Shown: positions 14,501-26,563 of the stretch, one piece after another | Position numbering within the stretch: position 1 is the stretch's first letter | How the letters are laid out: each line of letters begins with the position of its first letter | Position numbers and translations under genes: made by a program | The notes under the pieces: model-generated | The model's database searches: none | The model's input: the letters and a program-made list of their open reading frames with translations, nothing else | What the model was told of the DNA's origin: nothing | NCBI GenBank assembly: GCA_030704615.1 | Contig: CM060731.1 | Coordinates: 29,388,001-29,452,000, forward strand | Source: Takakia lepidozioides | Taxonomy: Eukaryota > Plantae > Bryophyta | Reading direction: 5' to 3' | Length of the DNA stretch: 64,000 nucleotides

Positions 14501-16899
14501 GTCATTAGCTTTGCACAAAATCCCCAAAACTCCTCGTCCCAGAAGCTCTTTGAGATTTCTGTGGACGTTATAGAGTACTATCTGATTTCTCCCTTCCTCC
14601 CGTGGATGTAAGATTCTTTCTTCCCCTTTTTATGACTCCAAATGTCTCCTTCTATAACACTTTTCAGCTATCATCTTCCCTAGTATACCGAGTTTCACCT
14701 TGTTTGAATTTGAGAGATTCAGATTTGAATTAACTTTCTTATGTTTTTCTTTCCATTTTGTCCCATAAGCTCTATGAGCTTTCCGCGGACGTTATAAAGC
14801 ACCATTTCATTTCATTTCATTTCCCTGCGTGATCATATAGGTAGTAGCTGACAAGGTGCCAAATTTGCTGGACTTCCACAAAGACCTGCCACACTTGGAA
14901 GCTGCAACTAAGGTGGTCTCCTTCCACCCAACTTCTTACCCATGTGTAGTTTGACAAACGTTCCCCAAATTTTCAAATATCTTTCAAGCTATGTTTGTGT
15001 TTCTGGTGCTTCCCCTCAACAAGGTTGCGAACGGGAGAAGTGAATGATAGACAGGCATTGTGAGTAATGTTTATAGCCATGCCTGCATTGGGGAAAGTAG
15101 ATCAAACCTAACTGGTGAGTGTTAGTTTGTTTGTTGCAGATCCAGCTGAAGCTGTTAACTGAAGATATGCAAGCTGTAAGCAATGGCTTGGAGAAGGTGA
15201 AGCAGGAACTCGCTGTCTGTGAGAATGACGGACCTGTCTCTGCTGATTTTTGCAAGGTTGAACAGGACATACCTCTCTGCTTAGCTATTGAAGAGAAAGT
15301 TATTGAGCTCACATTGAATGGAATGTTAGGAATTTGATGTGCATGCTGCTGTCCAGTAAAGTTATGGGTCTCTATCATCCATAGTTCTGGATGAGATGAT
15401 AGCAGTAATTTGTTGTAGTCTTTCTGGCTTGATGGGGTTCTACTAAGCACCAACTAGCACCTCTGGGTATTTCTCCCTGGTAGTTCAATACTATGGTTGA
15501 AAGAACCTAGTTTTAGATGAGAGAGGGTGATGCTCACTTGTGTCTCCTCTTCATGTAGATAGTCACTTCTCTGAGCTGCACAACAACACCAAGTATAACC
15601 TTGTGATGCTGCTTTTGTACATTTCAGGTGCTAAAGGCATTTCTTAAAACTGCAGAGGCAGACGTGCAATTGCTTACTTCCTTATATGCTGAGGTGGTAG
15701 GTTCATTTCTCACAAGAAATTCGTTAATTTGTGGTCAGAAATGTAAACATGTTGTGCATCTGTCCTGTCCTTACTAGGAGAGGTTAGTTGCCTTCGGTGA
15801 ATCAATCTCCAGGGTACGGCCTGGCGACTTTCCTCACACTTTGACTGATCTGAGTTGTGTACAGAGGTGATTCAGTGTCAAAGAGTTAGATTGAAATGCA
15901 GGATTGAATAATCGAGGCCTCTATCCGTATTTATTTTAACAGGAGAGCAAGGTTTTCCCCAGAGTGCCTCGTATAGTAGCTTGGGTCTCAAGTGGCTACT
16001 TCCCTAAAAATCCCGAATTTAAGTGGTAACTTGCAGCTTGCATGGATCAAAACAAGCATGGATGAAGCTGAGCAGCTAGAGAGATACCTGTACCCCTTTG
16101 CTGTTGTCTGCTCAACGTCAGACCGTATAACCTTATAACAAAGGACATGCTTGTTAGACATACAGGTCTCTAGTCTCTACTCCCAACTGTCCTGCTGTAG
16201 GACTATGGTAACTCGTAATTCTCAAACATTAAGAGGGAAGTGAGGCTGAGTATTAGTGGATGGTGGCAGGGGCGAAATACTGATTCTCTGGCAGAGTACT
16301 TTGGTGAGGAACCTGCATGGTGTCCATTCGAGCAAGGTATAATCAATTAAATTTGTTTGCCTTTGTCAGTACTTTCATGTGCACATGTCAAATTAAGTGC
16401 GGATGTACAAGTCCCGCTTTGGCTATTTCTGATTTCTTTGGAGGCCACATCTGGCACTGCTTCTTTAGCCAGCATCATGAGGTTGAGATGCAGCCCACCT
16501 CCATTCTGACTAGGGGATTGTTGGCAAGTCATTTGTGTGGTGAAGTTCTATCTGGAATTGGAGGGAAAGAGGGGGTGGAAGGAGAGAAGTGGGCCCAAAC
16601 TAAGGAGTCCTCCGCTATCCTAGTGAACCTCCTCCCCCACAAAATGTTTTTCCCATAGGCCATCTCCACCAATTGCTGTTTATTGACCTGGTATTGGTTG
16701 CGGTGGTAAAATTGCAGTGATGTCAGTCCTCCTCAACTTCGTTACTATGTTTAAGAAAGCTGTTGAAGAGAACAGCAGGCAAGCAGAGACAGGAAGGAAG
16801 AATGCAGAGAAAGATGCTGAGAAGGAAAGGATAAAAGCTTCTGTTGGAAGGAAAGATGTGGATTCACTCTACTCCCCACTGAAGGCCAGGGTTCGATAG
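8516..16899 (+). CDS. Class II plant formin (PTEN-like phosphatase/C2 - proline-rich FH1 - FH2), multi-exon
   Basis: Starts MSLFRRLFYRRPPDGL (8516). PTEN-like exon 8743-9440 contains LMHCERGGWPLLAF; C2 exon 9552-9773; poly-Pro FH1 and LKPLHWVKV lie in 9891-10960. FH2 exons include DLRRANNCEIMLTKVK, FFLEMMKVPRME, LGNALNSGTARG/SAIGFKLDSLLKLSDTRA and YFGEEPAWCPFEQ. Stop at 16897-16899; the exons checked join in frame. Confidence 0.95.
14157..14243 (+). mobile_element. Retroposon (LINE/SINE) 3'-end fragment with (ATTTC)n tail, copy 1
   Basis: Core TGAGCTTTCTGTGGACGTTATAAAGTACC followed by (ATTTC)6; near-identical cores at 14751-14823 and 20688-20746 (minus). Confidence 0.7.
14751..14823 (+). mobile_element. 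Retroposon 3'-end fragment with (ATTTC)n tail, copy 2
   Basis: TTCCATTTTGTCCCATAAGCTCTATGAGCTTTCCGCGGACGTTATAAAGCACC(ATTTC)4; matches copy 1. Confidence 0.7.
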
Positions 16900-19483
16900 G
16901 CTTCCCGGACCATGGTTGAAGAGGCCATCAGGTGGGGTCTCACACCTAGGAACCATCGGCGTTTTGTTTCGTGTGAGTCCACTGCTATGTCACTAAAATA
17001 CTGTGTGGCAAACAGCAATTTTCACTCCAAGCTGCTGCTTTTGGTTCCATCACTGCCATACAGTACTACAAGTACTCAGACACAAATCAACTAGCTTCCA
17101 AATCATTAATGGTTGAGTCAGCTTTTGGCTTTGTTTGTTGGAGATCAGCCTCATGCACCCAGAGTGGGTCTCTTTGGAGCCCAGAAGTATGATGGGAAGG
17201 TTGTCTATTTGGGTGGGCACAAAGATCTAAAGGGAAATAGAACTCGAAACATTGGGGAAGATGTATTTATTGTACAGCTGTCATGAGGGCGAATTATTCG
17301 CAGTCACCCAATTTCATTTGCTTAGAGTCACACAATGCATGGTGGTGTATCAGTTTGACTCAGGAGAGGAAGGTTCTACGATCTAACAATTGAGAAAGAA
17401 CTGTGATAGGCTGCACCCATGTGCTGCAGGGTAGCCATTTCCATGATTGAACAGAGTTATCTGAACACCATGTTTTCTTGTTCATCTTTCAGCAGGGTGC
17501 AGGGCTGTTCGTGGCAGATATTTCATTCAGATGTCTTCATGATACAAGATCTACCTTAAAATGGAACGGGTTTGTGCAAAGCGGGCTTCAACATTGGACC
17601 TAAGCTGGGCAAAGTCAGGATTCTACTTGCTATGAAGCTCTGTACTTTCGGGCTTGTAAGTCGGTGTTCACAAATATGAACTTTCGGTGCTGGTGGATCA
17701 TACTGCAAGTCAGACATGGCACAGTGGAGCCTACGTTTTGGTTGGAATGCCCTGTTTCCGAAGCTTTATGTTGAAAAGCTTTATCCACCATGGATGTATC
17801 ACCTTTCCCTAACACTTCGCTGCCCCCTGTTTGGATCCCTGTTTCACTCTATGGGCCATAAGCTTATCGCAAGCATGAGTTTGAGTGGTGATAATAGCAG
17901 AAAAGAACTGATTGTTAAGGTTGGTCCTTCAAGCCATACCATCCAAGTGCACAGCCAACAAGGAGAGTTCTGGACCATCCTCAGCTGGGCAACTCTTTCA
18001 GCTGGGGCTTGCAATTGGAAGAACTTCAAGAAACCTGAGGTGACAGGGTCTTTGTAACTTTAAAAGTGACTGCTTGTACTACACCACTGGCAGTACATGG
18101 CACCAATAGAGGCATGAACTGAGATTGGTGAAAATAACAGTTTCATGTAAAGCTGTTCCTTTGGGTTCAGTGAAGTGCCCTCTCACGCAAACGGGGTCAT
18201 CTGAGGGGTTTTTGCTATGCTATATCCTTGTCCCCTTGGAGCTGTGAAGTTTCTCTCCTCTCTTGCTGAGAAAGTGGTCATCTGGTTTTGTTCCCTGTCG
18301 TTCCGCCGCTGTGGCATTCGGGTAAGTCATCCATCTCTTGCAAAGCTACTGCACAAGGTTATTTTTTCTTTGCTTAAATTGAGTAATTTGAGTAAAAGAA
18401 GGATCACTTTTGTTAAACAAATGATGTGAAATATAAGTTAATGCATTGACATTTTTATTTCTTCAAACATACACTTGTGATTGAGTTTTTTTCAGTGATA
18501 TGCTGGCTATGAAGACATGGTAAAATTCAGGTAATATCACTACCCAGAGGGCAGTGCTCGAAAGGCTTTGTTTGGGCTCTGGCATATTTGGAAGAATCGT
18601 TGTCCTAATGTCTATGACATCTTGATTCCTTGAACTTGCATTACCTTTCAACGTATGAGAAGTGTCCAAAGCTTGGGGGTCTTGGTCAGCTTTATGCAGA
18701 AGGCAAACGTGCCAAACTTATCAAGGATTTCGACTCCTTATGGGGTTGGAGAGGGATCATCTGCTCAGGATTCTCCTCCAACCTTCCAATCAGTTGGAGG
18801 ATCTAATCTGTGGCTTTCTCCGATGAAGGTAGGCTAAGATATCGTCATAGAAAGAACTGCAACTCCAACCCCATGGTACTACCTCGTGCTCCATTGCAAC
18901 ACCCAACTCTTGACAGAATTTCAGGTAGAAGCTTGCGTGGAGACTTGCTCTGGAGACACAAATAACATGGACTCGGCTGCAAAGCTCTGGATATTCTGAG
19001 AGGACTTCACACCACATCTGAATTATATGCCAAGCCCTGGCTGAGTGTAGTAGACCTTATCTTGTAATTATTTCTTTTGTGACAAGATGGTATCAAAATG
19101 AAGTGAATAACGAATCCTTGAGATTTTCCAAGTTATGGCAGAGCCGCAAGTTCCCGTAAAAGATAGGCTCCTATTTCTTTGAGCACAGTGAACAGGTGGT
19201 GATGAACAGAATGGCTCATCAGTTTTGCTGACTGCCCGCATGTTTTGAGTTGGGGATAATACCTAGTCGTAACTTGCACTGCAAACATGTGTCCCTGAAA
19301 GCCACCTATCATTTCCATCTGTCAAGGACTTTTCGATTGGTGAAGAACAGCCACCTACACCAAGGAAACTCCTAAAAGGATGTGACATGTGACCTATTTG
19401 ATCCTCAATGCCAGACCAACGCAGCGCTTTTGCTTTTTCAAGTTCTTCGAGCATGCATGTCTCCCTAGTCTACCAACCTTAAC

Positions 19484-22400
19484 TCAGTATATGAAGGGAA
19501 GGATGGCCCGACGAGAACGGGGATAATCCTCAAACTTTTTTAAATACCATTGATGTGTTTCCTGCCCCACCACAGATAAGTTACCAACCTGCACAACCAC
19601 CAGAGGACCACCCTGTCAATTTCATGCACAAAATCCAAGTTCTGCCAGAGGAGTCATGTAGCTGGAATCCTGAAGCCAAGGCTAAGGGACCAGATAATTA
19701 CCACCCATGTGAATAACAGCCAGATGTTGAGGTCAGTGCCCCCGCTGGCTATTGCCAAGCCAAAATAAACAACCTGACCACCCAAAGTCACATTTCCTTA
19801 GATCTTTATGCATATACAAGGCCTTACATGTTGAAAGCTGACTGCAAAACTAAGAACAAGAACCCAGCATTTGGTGGTAGTGATACTCTCCTGAAGTCAT
19901 CATTTGTGCCTATGTGAAGTGAAAATAGCAGGGTCTTGTTTGGAAGGGGTGCTGAAGTTTATAGACCAATGAACTCACAATCTCTGCCAGATAATGGGCA
20001 TTTGACACCAACTCAAACCAACTTCCCCGAGGTATGCTATAGCTATCGGTCTTCCCCTCGTCTTGTGAGAAGTGGTTGTGTAAGCTTGCTGCGCCTATCT
20101 GCTTCTTATTTCGCCGCAAGGAACCCTGCCACCATCCACACAGACCAGCAGCCCATAAAGGTCAGACTTTGGTGGGGAGAACATCACTCATTGCCCGGAT
20201 CCCTGCAAAGGGTGACCATGACATAGCTTTTGGGGCAGAACTTACGTTAGTAACCCCTCAAAGCCAGTCATGGATTTGTAACTTTTGATTGAGTGGGGTA
20301 CACCAAACTTAAAACATCCACTTGAGGCCCATGAGGGCCTACAGCACACGGCAGATAGAAATCAAAATAACATATGAAGAAAACCCACATGACGAAAGAG
20401 AAACAAAGAAAGAAAGATGAGGTAGCTTCCAGGGTATAGGCCTCTAGCTGCAACACATGAGACCAATCTGGCGGTGCAGGCGGCTGCAATGCCAGTCCAC
20501 TGTCAAGAGAAAACAGCACTTTGCATAGAGAGAGCTTCATATCCTGAAGAGAAGAGCTTGGTGATACTTCTGTCATGACAGGTACTCCCTTGAATGCTAG
20601 CCCAGTTAGGGTACCCCTTGTAGCTGTACTCGGCTCATAAGATCACTCATACAATCTCATCAAAGGTCTAGTCTTTTGCAAAAAAGAGAAATGAAATGAA
20701 ATGAAATGAAATGGTGCTTTATAACGTCTGCAGAAAGCTCATAGAGAGAAAAAAGAGAGAAAATGGCGGGTGTAAACAAAGATAGGAACGTACAGAGAGA
20801 AAATGAAATGAAATTGAAATGGTGCTTTCTGACATGAATACAAACCAATAAGAATGATTTACCAGAATCACGTGGCACCGATATTGTTGGACCCAGCCCA
20901 AGGCAAAGACAGCGAGGCCAACCAACTGGAACCACTGCAAGTGCCCCACTACCTTCAAATACTTCCACCATGGAACTTCAATATTAAGTACAGGTGGCCC
21001 GAGATGGAGCAGCCATGCCTGTCCAAGTCTCCTTACAACAAATGCACACAACGTATCCAAATAGCTTTGATCTTGGAAGAATTGAGAAAAGAAGGTCAGA
21101 GACACTGCTGGGTAACACCTGCACCATGTGTAGTAATACTAGTGTCAGTTATTCACCTTTCTTGTTTTCAACTTCGTAAAAGGCTAGCATAAACACTCTA
21201 GTTCACCTGTATAATCCCACAACAGCCAATACCTACGTGGAAGGGGTTACCAGGAGGGGGTAACTGTCTTGGAAGACCTAACCTAGTCAAGATAGATCCA
21301 CAAATCCCTTTACAATTGCAACCACGTGATGAACCAAATCCACCCGAGAAATTAGAAAGCCTTTCAACCTGAGCTGAAGGAGGTGCAATCAGTCTTTTCT
21401 GAAATTGATGCTTCAAACACTAGAGAGATGGAGGTATAAACATAAAATGGGACAGGTGGGACTGCAGAATGATACATGACCAATGAGATGATTAAGGAAT
21501 TAGCAGATAGACTTACATCAGACCTATAATATATGTCAACACCTGCATTCGTGCCAAGGGGTTGTTGTGAAAAACATAGATGCACTCGTAAAGCCTGCGT
21601 AGAACTTGGGCCTCCATCATTACAAGCAGCAGCACAGTGCTCCAGGCATATTTGTAATGTTTTGTGAGATGTGATAGTGATGAACCCAACCCAGTAGCAG
21701 AATCCACTTTTCCAGCACCTGCTACATACAACTTCTTTCAGAGAACACCATGGAGACTTGCTATTACAGCCATTGACTTGGTTTTTCATCGCTTTTCATT
21801 GATTTCATGGGGTGCCATCAACTGATTTAGTTCTCCCGAGATAGCCTCGTCAACGTCACACATAAGTGCTCAAGATACTAAGATTCATTTCTAATCGCAT
21901 AACTGATACAAAGGGTACCCATCTCTTGTCCTGACCTCAATGTGCTTTGGGTAATATCCAAGTTTTCTAGAATGATCTCATCCCCAATTTCAAATTTCAT
22001 AAGCCTTACTCCTCTTCTTTGCCATCCCTCCTTAAGCCCTTTGGATCTATCCCATCTAGGTCCGGGAAAATATGTGCATGAGAAAGCCACTGTAAGCACA
22101 GCTGGAAAAGTTCCCATCTTCCTGCCAAAAAGAGTTCTCTCTTCCAAACGTGAAAGAGGCATAGAGGCGGAAGCAAGACTGAAGAACAGCAACCTTTGTG
22201 ACACAAACCTCCTCCTCCTTTTCCCAAAACTGCCTTCGTATCACTGTCTAGAGTGGCCTCAACGACAATAATTACCTCCAAACTGGGCAACAATGGCCGA
22301 GAATTGTGCAGCATGTGTTGAAGCAGGATATGTACACGCAGATGCAAATAACAACATGACAGCAAGGAGAGCTGTGTTGAACACTACCCCAACCACATAG

Positions 22401-23714
22401 AAGTGGGTGAACCAGGCGGCAGGAACAGCCAACATCTGCAAATCAACCAGCAGCACCTTAATCCCTGATGTTTGTCCAGTGATTATCTGAAACTTTCCTA
22501 GCAACGCAACAGACAATCACACCTGACTGAGGTAGTGCTGCACTCTTGCCTGGATTCTTATCACACCAGCAGAAAACGAAAATTACAGTCTCAAAATTTC
22601 ATCAAAAGAACTGACCCTGGCTCTGGACAGAGATGCTGCAGAATCAGTGTCTGAGAAATTTTCCCCAACCTCAAGAATTAACACCTACAAAAATTGATCT
22701 GGTATCTACACTTGATTTCATTCTTCGGTAAAAGGAGAGTTCCAAGGTCACCCACCACAGGCCAGCATTGAACAACCAAGAACTGTGGTCATCAGAGGGA
22801 GACCAACACAAACCGTGATTCAATGCATCACACCTGACTACGAGAAAGCCATGTACCACACTGAAAAACTCAGATTCGTGTTTCTATCAGATGATCGCTG
22901 TCCTGCCTCGAGGATGGAGTGTCAAACATAATGCCAAATAAGGAGGGGGACGTACACAAAGATTGGCCAGATGTGTCTAAAAATTGATCAGAAGCCTCCT
23001 CAAAGGAAAACTCAGCAGTGCATATCTCCCTGTTTCACTCAGCAAACAGGCACTCTATTGAATAAACGAGACGCGTAAAAGGAAAGTCTTTGCCAAAAAA
23101 TTTACAATCCACACAACAAAGGACGCTGTAATGCAGCTCGAAAGGCTCCGGAACTCCAAAATTTGAGTAAGAGAAGCAACGCAGCGGACGGGAATATGAA
23201 GTATTTACCAAGCCTTTCATTCTGTAGACTAGAATACATCACATGCGACTACTGTTGAGTCTCAATGAGGCGTAGCGCGCACACAGAAACCAATGTCTTA
23301 CTCTAAAGCTGCAAAGTCACACAAAATATACCCATCCAAACCAGCTTCTAACGTGAAACAAAAATCACAAAGATCCAGAAGATCGGGGCAATCACTCGCT
23401 GAAGGTCTCTTTGACGATTACAACCGCTGTCGTCTCTCGCGCATTCCAGTAACAGGGCCTCCCATAAAACAAAGATTACTGTCTAAAAGAGAGGAGTGAC
23501 AAAGAGGACAATATAGGATAGGGGAGAGAGAGAGAGAGGCACGCAATCTGACCGGAGGTTTCTCAGAGGCATTGGCCAATTTCAGCTTCCCTCTGCGAGA
23601 TATGTACAACACACATTTCGTCAAAGGTCCAAGAGGCAGGAGACCGATGACACACACGCCATTACAAGCGATCCAAAACCATCGCAGCACAAGAGGGAGC
23701 TCCAGCGGCCCCAT
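19484..23714 (-). CDS. PPRD: Polyprenol reductase (SRD5A3/DFG10/PPRD family, steroid 5-alpha-reductase-like)
   Basis: Exons 23553-23714, 22276-22435, ~21516-21720, 20863-21118, 19979-20125, 19702-19773 and 19484-19588. They encode [58 protein letters not shown] and [25 protein letters not shown]. Confidence 0.92.
20688..20746 (-). mobile_element. Retroposon 3'-end fragment with (ATTTC)n tail, copy 3 (in a PPRD intron)
   Basis: Reverse complement reads CTCTATGAGCTTTCTGCAGACGTTATAAAGCACC(ATTTC)5. Confidence 0.7.
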
Positions 23715-24021
23715 CTCTGGATCCGCCTGTTCCTCCCCCGCTGCTGAGTTCCACACAAGAGGGACTAAATCACTCGTCCTTCCCCTCCTTTGGTCTCTAC
23801 ACGATCACAGCCAGAATCATAACTTGAAAAGCACTGTGGATGTCTCTCCTGCAATCCATGTTCTGGAAAATCACGCCAGAATTTCCTACAATTCCTCCAG
23901 ATTTTGATGACAACTAGCGCGCCCTCCGAGAATCTGGGACCCGGGAATTGTGGTCCTCGGACTCGGTCAGACTTTCTGCGTAGCGTCCGAAGCACCGCCC
24001 GCCCCGCTGACACCCCGTGGG

Positions 24022-24976
24022 CCATTCTTTCGCTCACTCGAGTACGGCAAACAAAGTCTTATGAGTACATTCTCACCCGCCTCACTTACACGAAGCCTGA
24101 GCCACCAGTTCCAATTTCATGCAAAATATGTGAACTTCGTGGACACTGGATATGAGTGTTAGAAGTGCAAGTGTGTGCATTGATTGCCAGGTGTATGTGA
24201 CCGTGTGCACTGTTGGATGCAGGTTGACCTCCGGAGAGCGAACAATTGTAAGATTATGCTCACTCAAGCTCAAGATGCCCTTGCTGGAGGTAATTATTAC
24301 AGTGTGCGTACCTGTATCAAAGAATGACAAGGCTTCGTCCGACAGAGCCATCAGGTTCTTAGTTGTGATTGGCTATCTGATTTTATGACATGCACGTTCA
24401 CAACAGATCGTGGGGTTGATACTAAGTCTGTTGTGATGTGTGGTGCAGAAGAGCAAGTGAGCTGTTCATTGATGATCTAAGTGTGCAGAACATTGGTGGT
24501 AGCAAAGAGAGGTTAGGGAATTGTGAACTGGTGCGCATTTTCTATTTGTCTGATACTCGTTTACATTTGTTTACCTCGTTTGTATGAATTGCTGTGTTTA
24601 TTGCAACTGTGTTGAAGCTTTGCTATGCTATCTGTGTTGACGTGTTTCTGTTGGTCTCGCTCGGACGCAGTTCTTCCTTGAAATGATGAAAGTCCCAAGA
24701 ATGGAAGCCAAGTTGCGAATATTCTCCTTCAAAATTCTTTTCGCTATTCAGGTTTACTTCTGGAGTGCAGAGAATGTATACCTTGTTGATGTGTACTAAC
24801 CTTATATGGCTATCTGATTGTTTGTGGTAGGTTGTTCTTGTGGCCACATGCGTGTGCTCATGCTCAAAATGTCAGTTGCTCTGTTGCAGAACAAAGAGTT
24901 GCGGACCCATTTGGAGATTATTAATGATGCTGCGAGAGAGATAGGCCTCGTATTCTGCATAAGAGGATGCTAGATT
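24022..24976 (+). pseudogene. Decayed intron-containing partial duplicate of the formin FH2 region (source 11442-12759)
   Basis: Colinear with 11442-12759 including introns. It has a frameshift after IMLT, a 318-bp deletion at a TGC microhomology (junction ~24284) and a splice donor changed GT>AT at 24941; no start codon or 3' exons. Confidence 0.9.
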
Positions 24977-26563
24977 TTCCTGTGCGGTATCGCTTGAGAC
25001 CACTCAGCTGTCTGCTTGGATATGAGGACTTCCGGTAGGGTTCGAGCTGCTGTGCAACTTGAGAATCAGGGGGTGGGGAGGACAGAGAGGGTGGCCGTGA
25101 CAGCATGCGCACGCTCATGGTGCAACATGCGAGGATGAATCGCACCAATTCTTCCACGACCAGATCCCAAGGGCAAGACGACAAATGCCAAGCTTTGGCA
25201 AACAAGAGAGCAGGGAAGAAGAAACAGCGACGGGCTTTCATCGGTTTTCACCGAGCACAGACGGGTAAGACGATGGAAGACCGGCTTCCATGGGGCTTTG
25301 CTCTTTGAAGCCAACGGCCCCTAAATCCGACAAAAGTACCGTCAAATTTAATAACGCTAAGAACTTTTGGGCTTTTTTCCCTGGAAGGAAACTTGTGAAT
25401 CCACCGTCCAAGGCTGTCACAGTCACAATGATCAGAATCCTATAATCTACACGCCTGCCTAGCCAATGCATTACAACAGTTTCCTGTGTGCTCTTCACTC
25501 ACGATAAGCCTCCTCGTGTGTCGGCCTCGCCCTACCTACACTCGTGGTGGGGCTCATTTCGGTAATCCCCTCTTACCCTACACATATAGAGGGTAGATTG
25601 GAGTTTTTCCTCTCACTGTAGTTAAGGGGCCTACCAATTTACGAGCAAGTTTATCTTTTTCAAAACATAAAATAAAAATATCATTGAGTTATCTAAGTTT
25701 TCTAGAATTTCTAATTCACGTTGTGAGGTTTGAACCCAGTATCTCATGCAGGACAAATGTAAAAGAGGGGCCCTGGCGGCCCCACTAGTCCCTGCAGAGG
25801 TTCCGCCAGGTTAATGATGCCAAAGGCCCACCAACAGCTTTTATTACTACATAACCGGTTTTTCGAAGCATCTCGAGTACGTGTCTACTAACTATTCGCT
25901 CACTGGACGAGGCGGCTGGTTACAGGGGTAACCTGCGATCCTCACAAGATTTGATAACCTGGCTGCGCATGGATGTAAAGTATCGATAGTATCGATAACC
26001 GGGCTGCGCATGGATGAACTGTCGGTCTCGATGTTTCGAAAACCCGGGGTTGTCCGGCCACGGTTTACCCATGCAGCGTCGGCGCTCAACCCGTGGCCTC
26101 TCGCCGGTCACCTAGTCCATTCCGGTCACCACTGTCCAGGGAATAGTGAGAGGAGATAATAACCTCTTTCGCAGTAACCTCGCCATAAAGGCGTCCAGGG
26201 GACCGCCCATGGGAAGGGGCAGAAGAACATACCACACCCGTCAGGTAGCAGGATTTGACCCCAGAATCATCTCAGTGCACTACCCAACTGAGCTACTGAC
26301 TGTAGGTAGGTAATTTTTCCTTTTTTGTCTTTTAAATGAAAGGGGACAGAGGCGGGCCCGTTACAGGGAACTGTTATGGACAGGTGTTTTCCTTTCCGGA
26401 AGAAAAGAAAAGGAAAGGGGCTTGGGCATTTAGGGTTAAGCATAGGCGAGATACGGAGTAGGTTTGTGGTTTGGAGGGAGAAAGAGAGGGGAGATGCGAG
26501 GGCTGCAATTGTAAGTAGCGTGCGATTTGGAAGTGTTTGATGCGCCAGGCGGCTAGTCAGACA

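Noticed and set aside
25899-25910. CTCACTGGACGA resembling the 5' end of plant RNase MRP RNA
   Set aside because: The conserved GAAAGTCCCC and GGGGCT P4 strands are absent on both strands.
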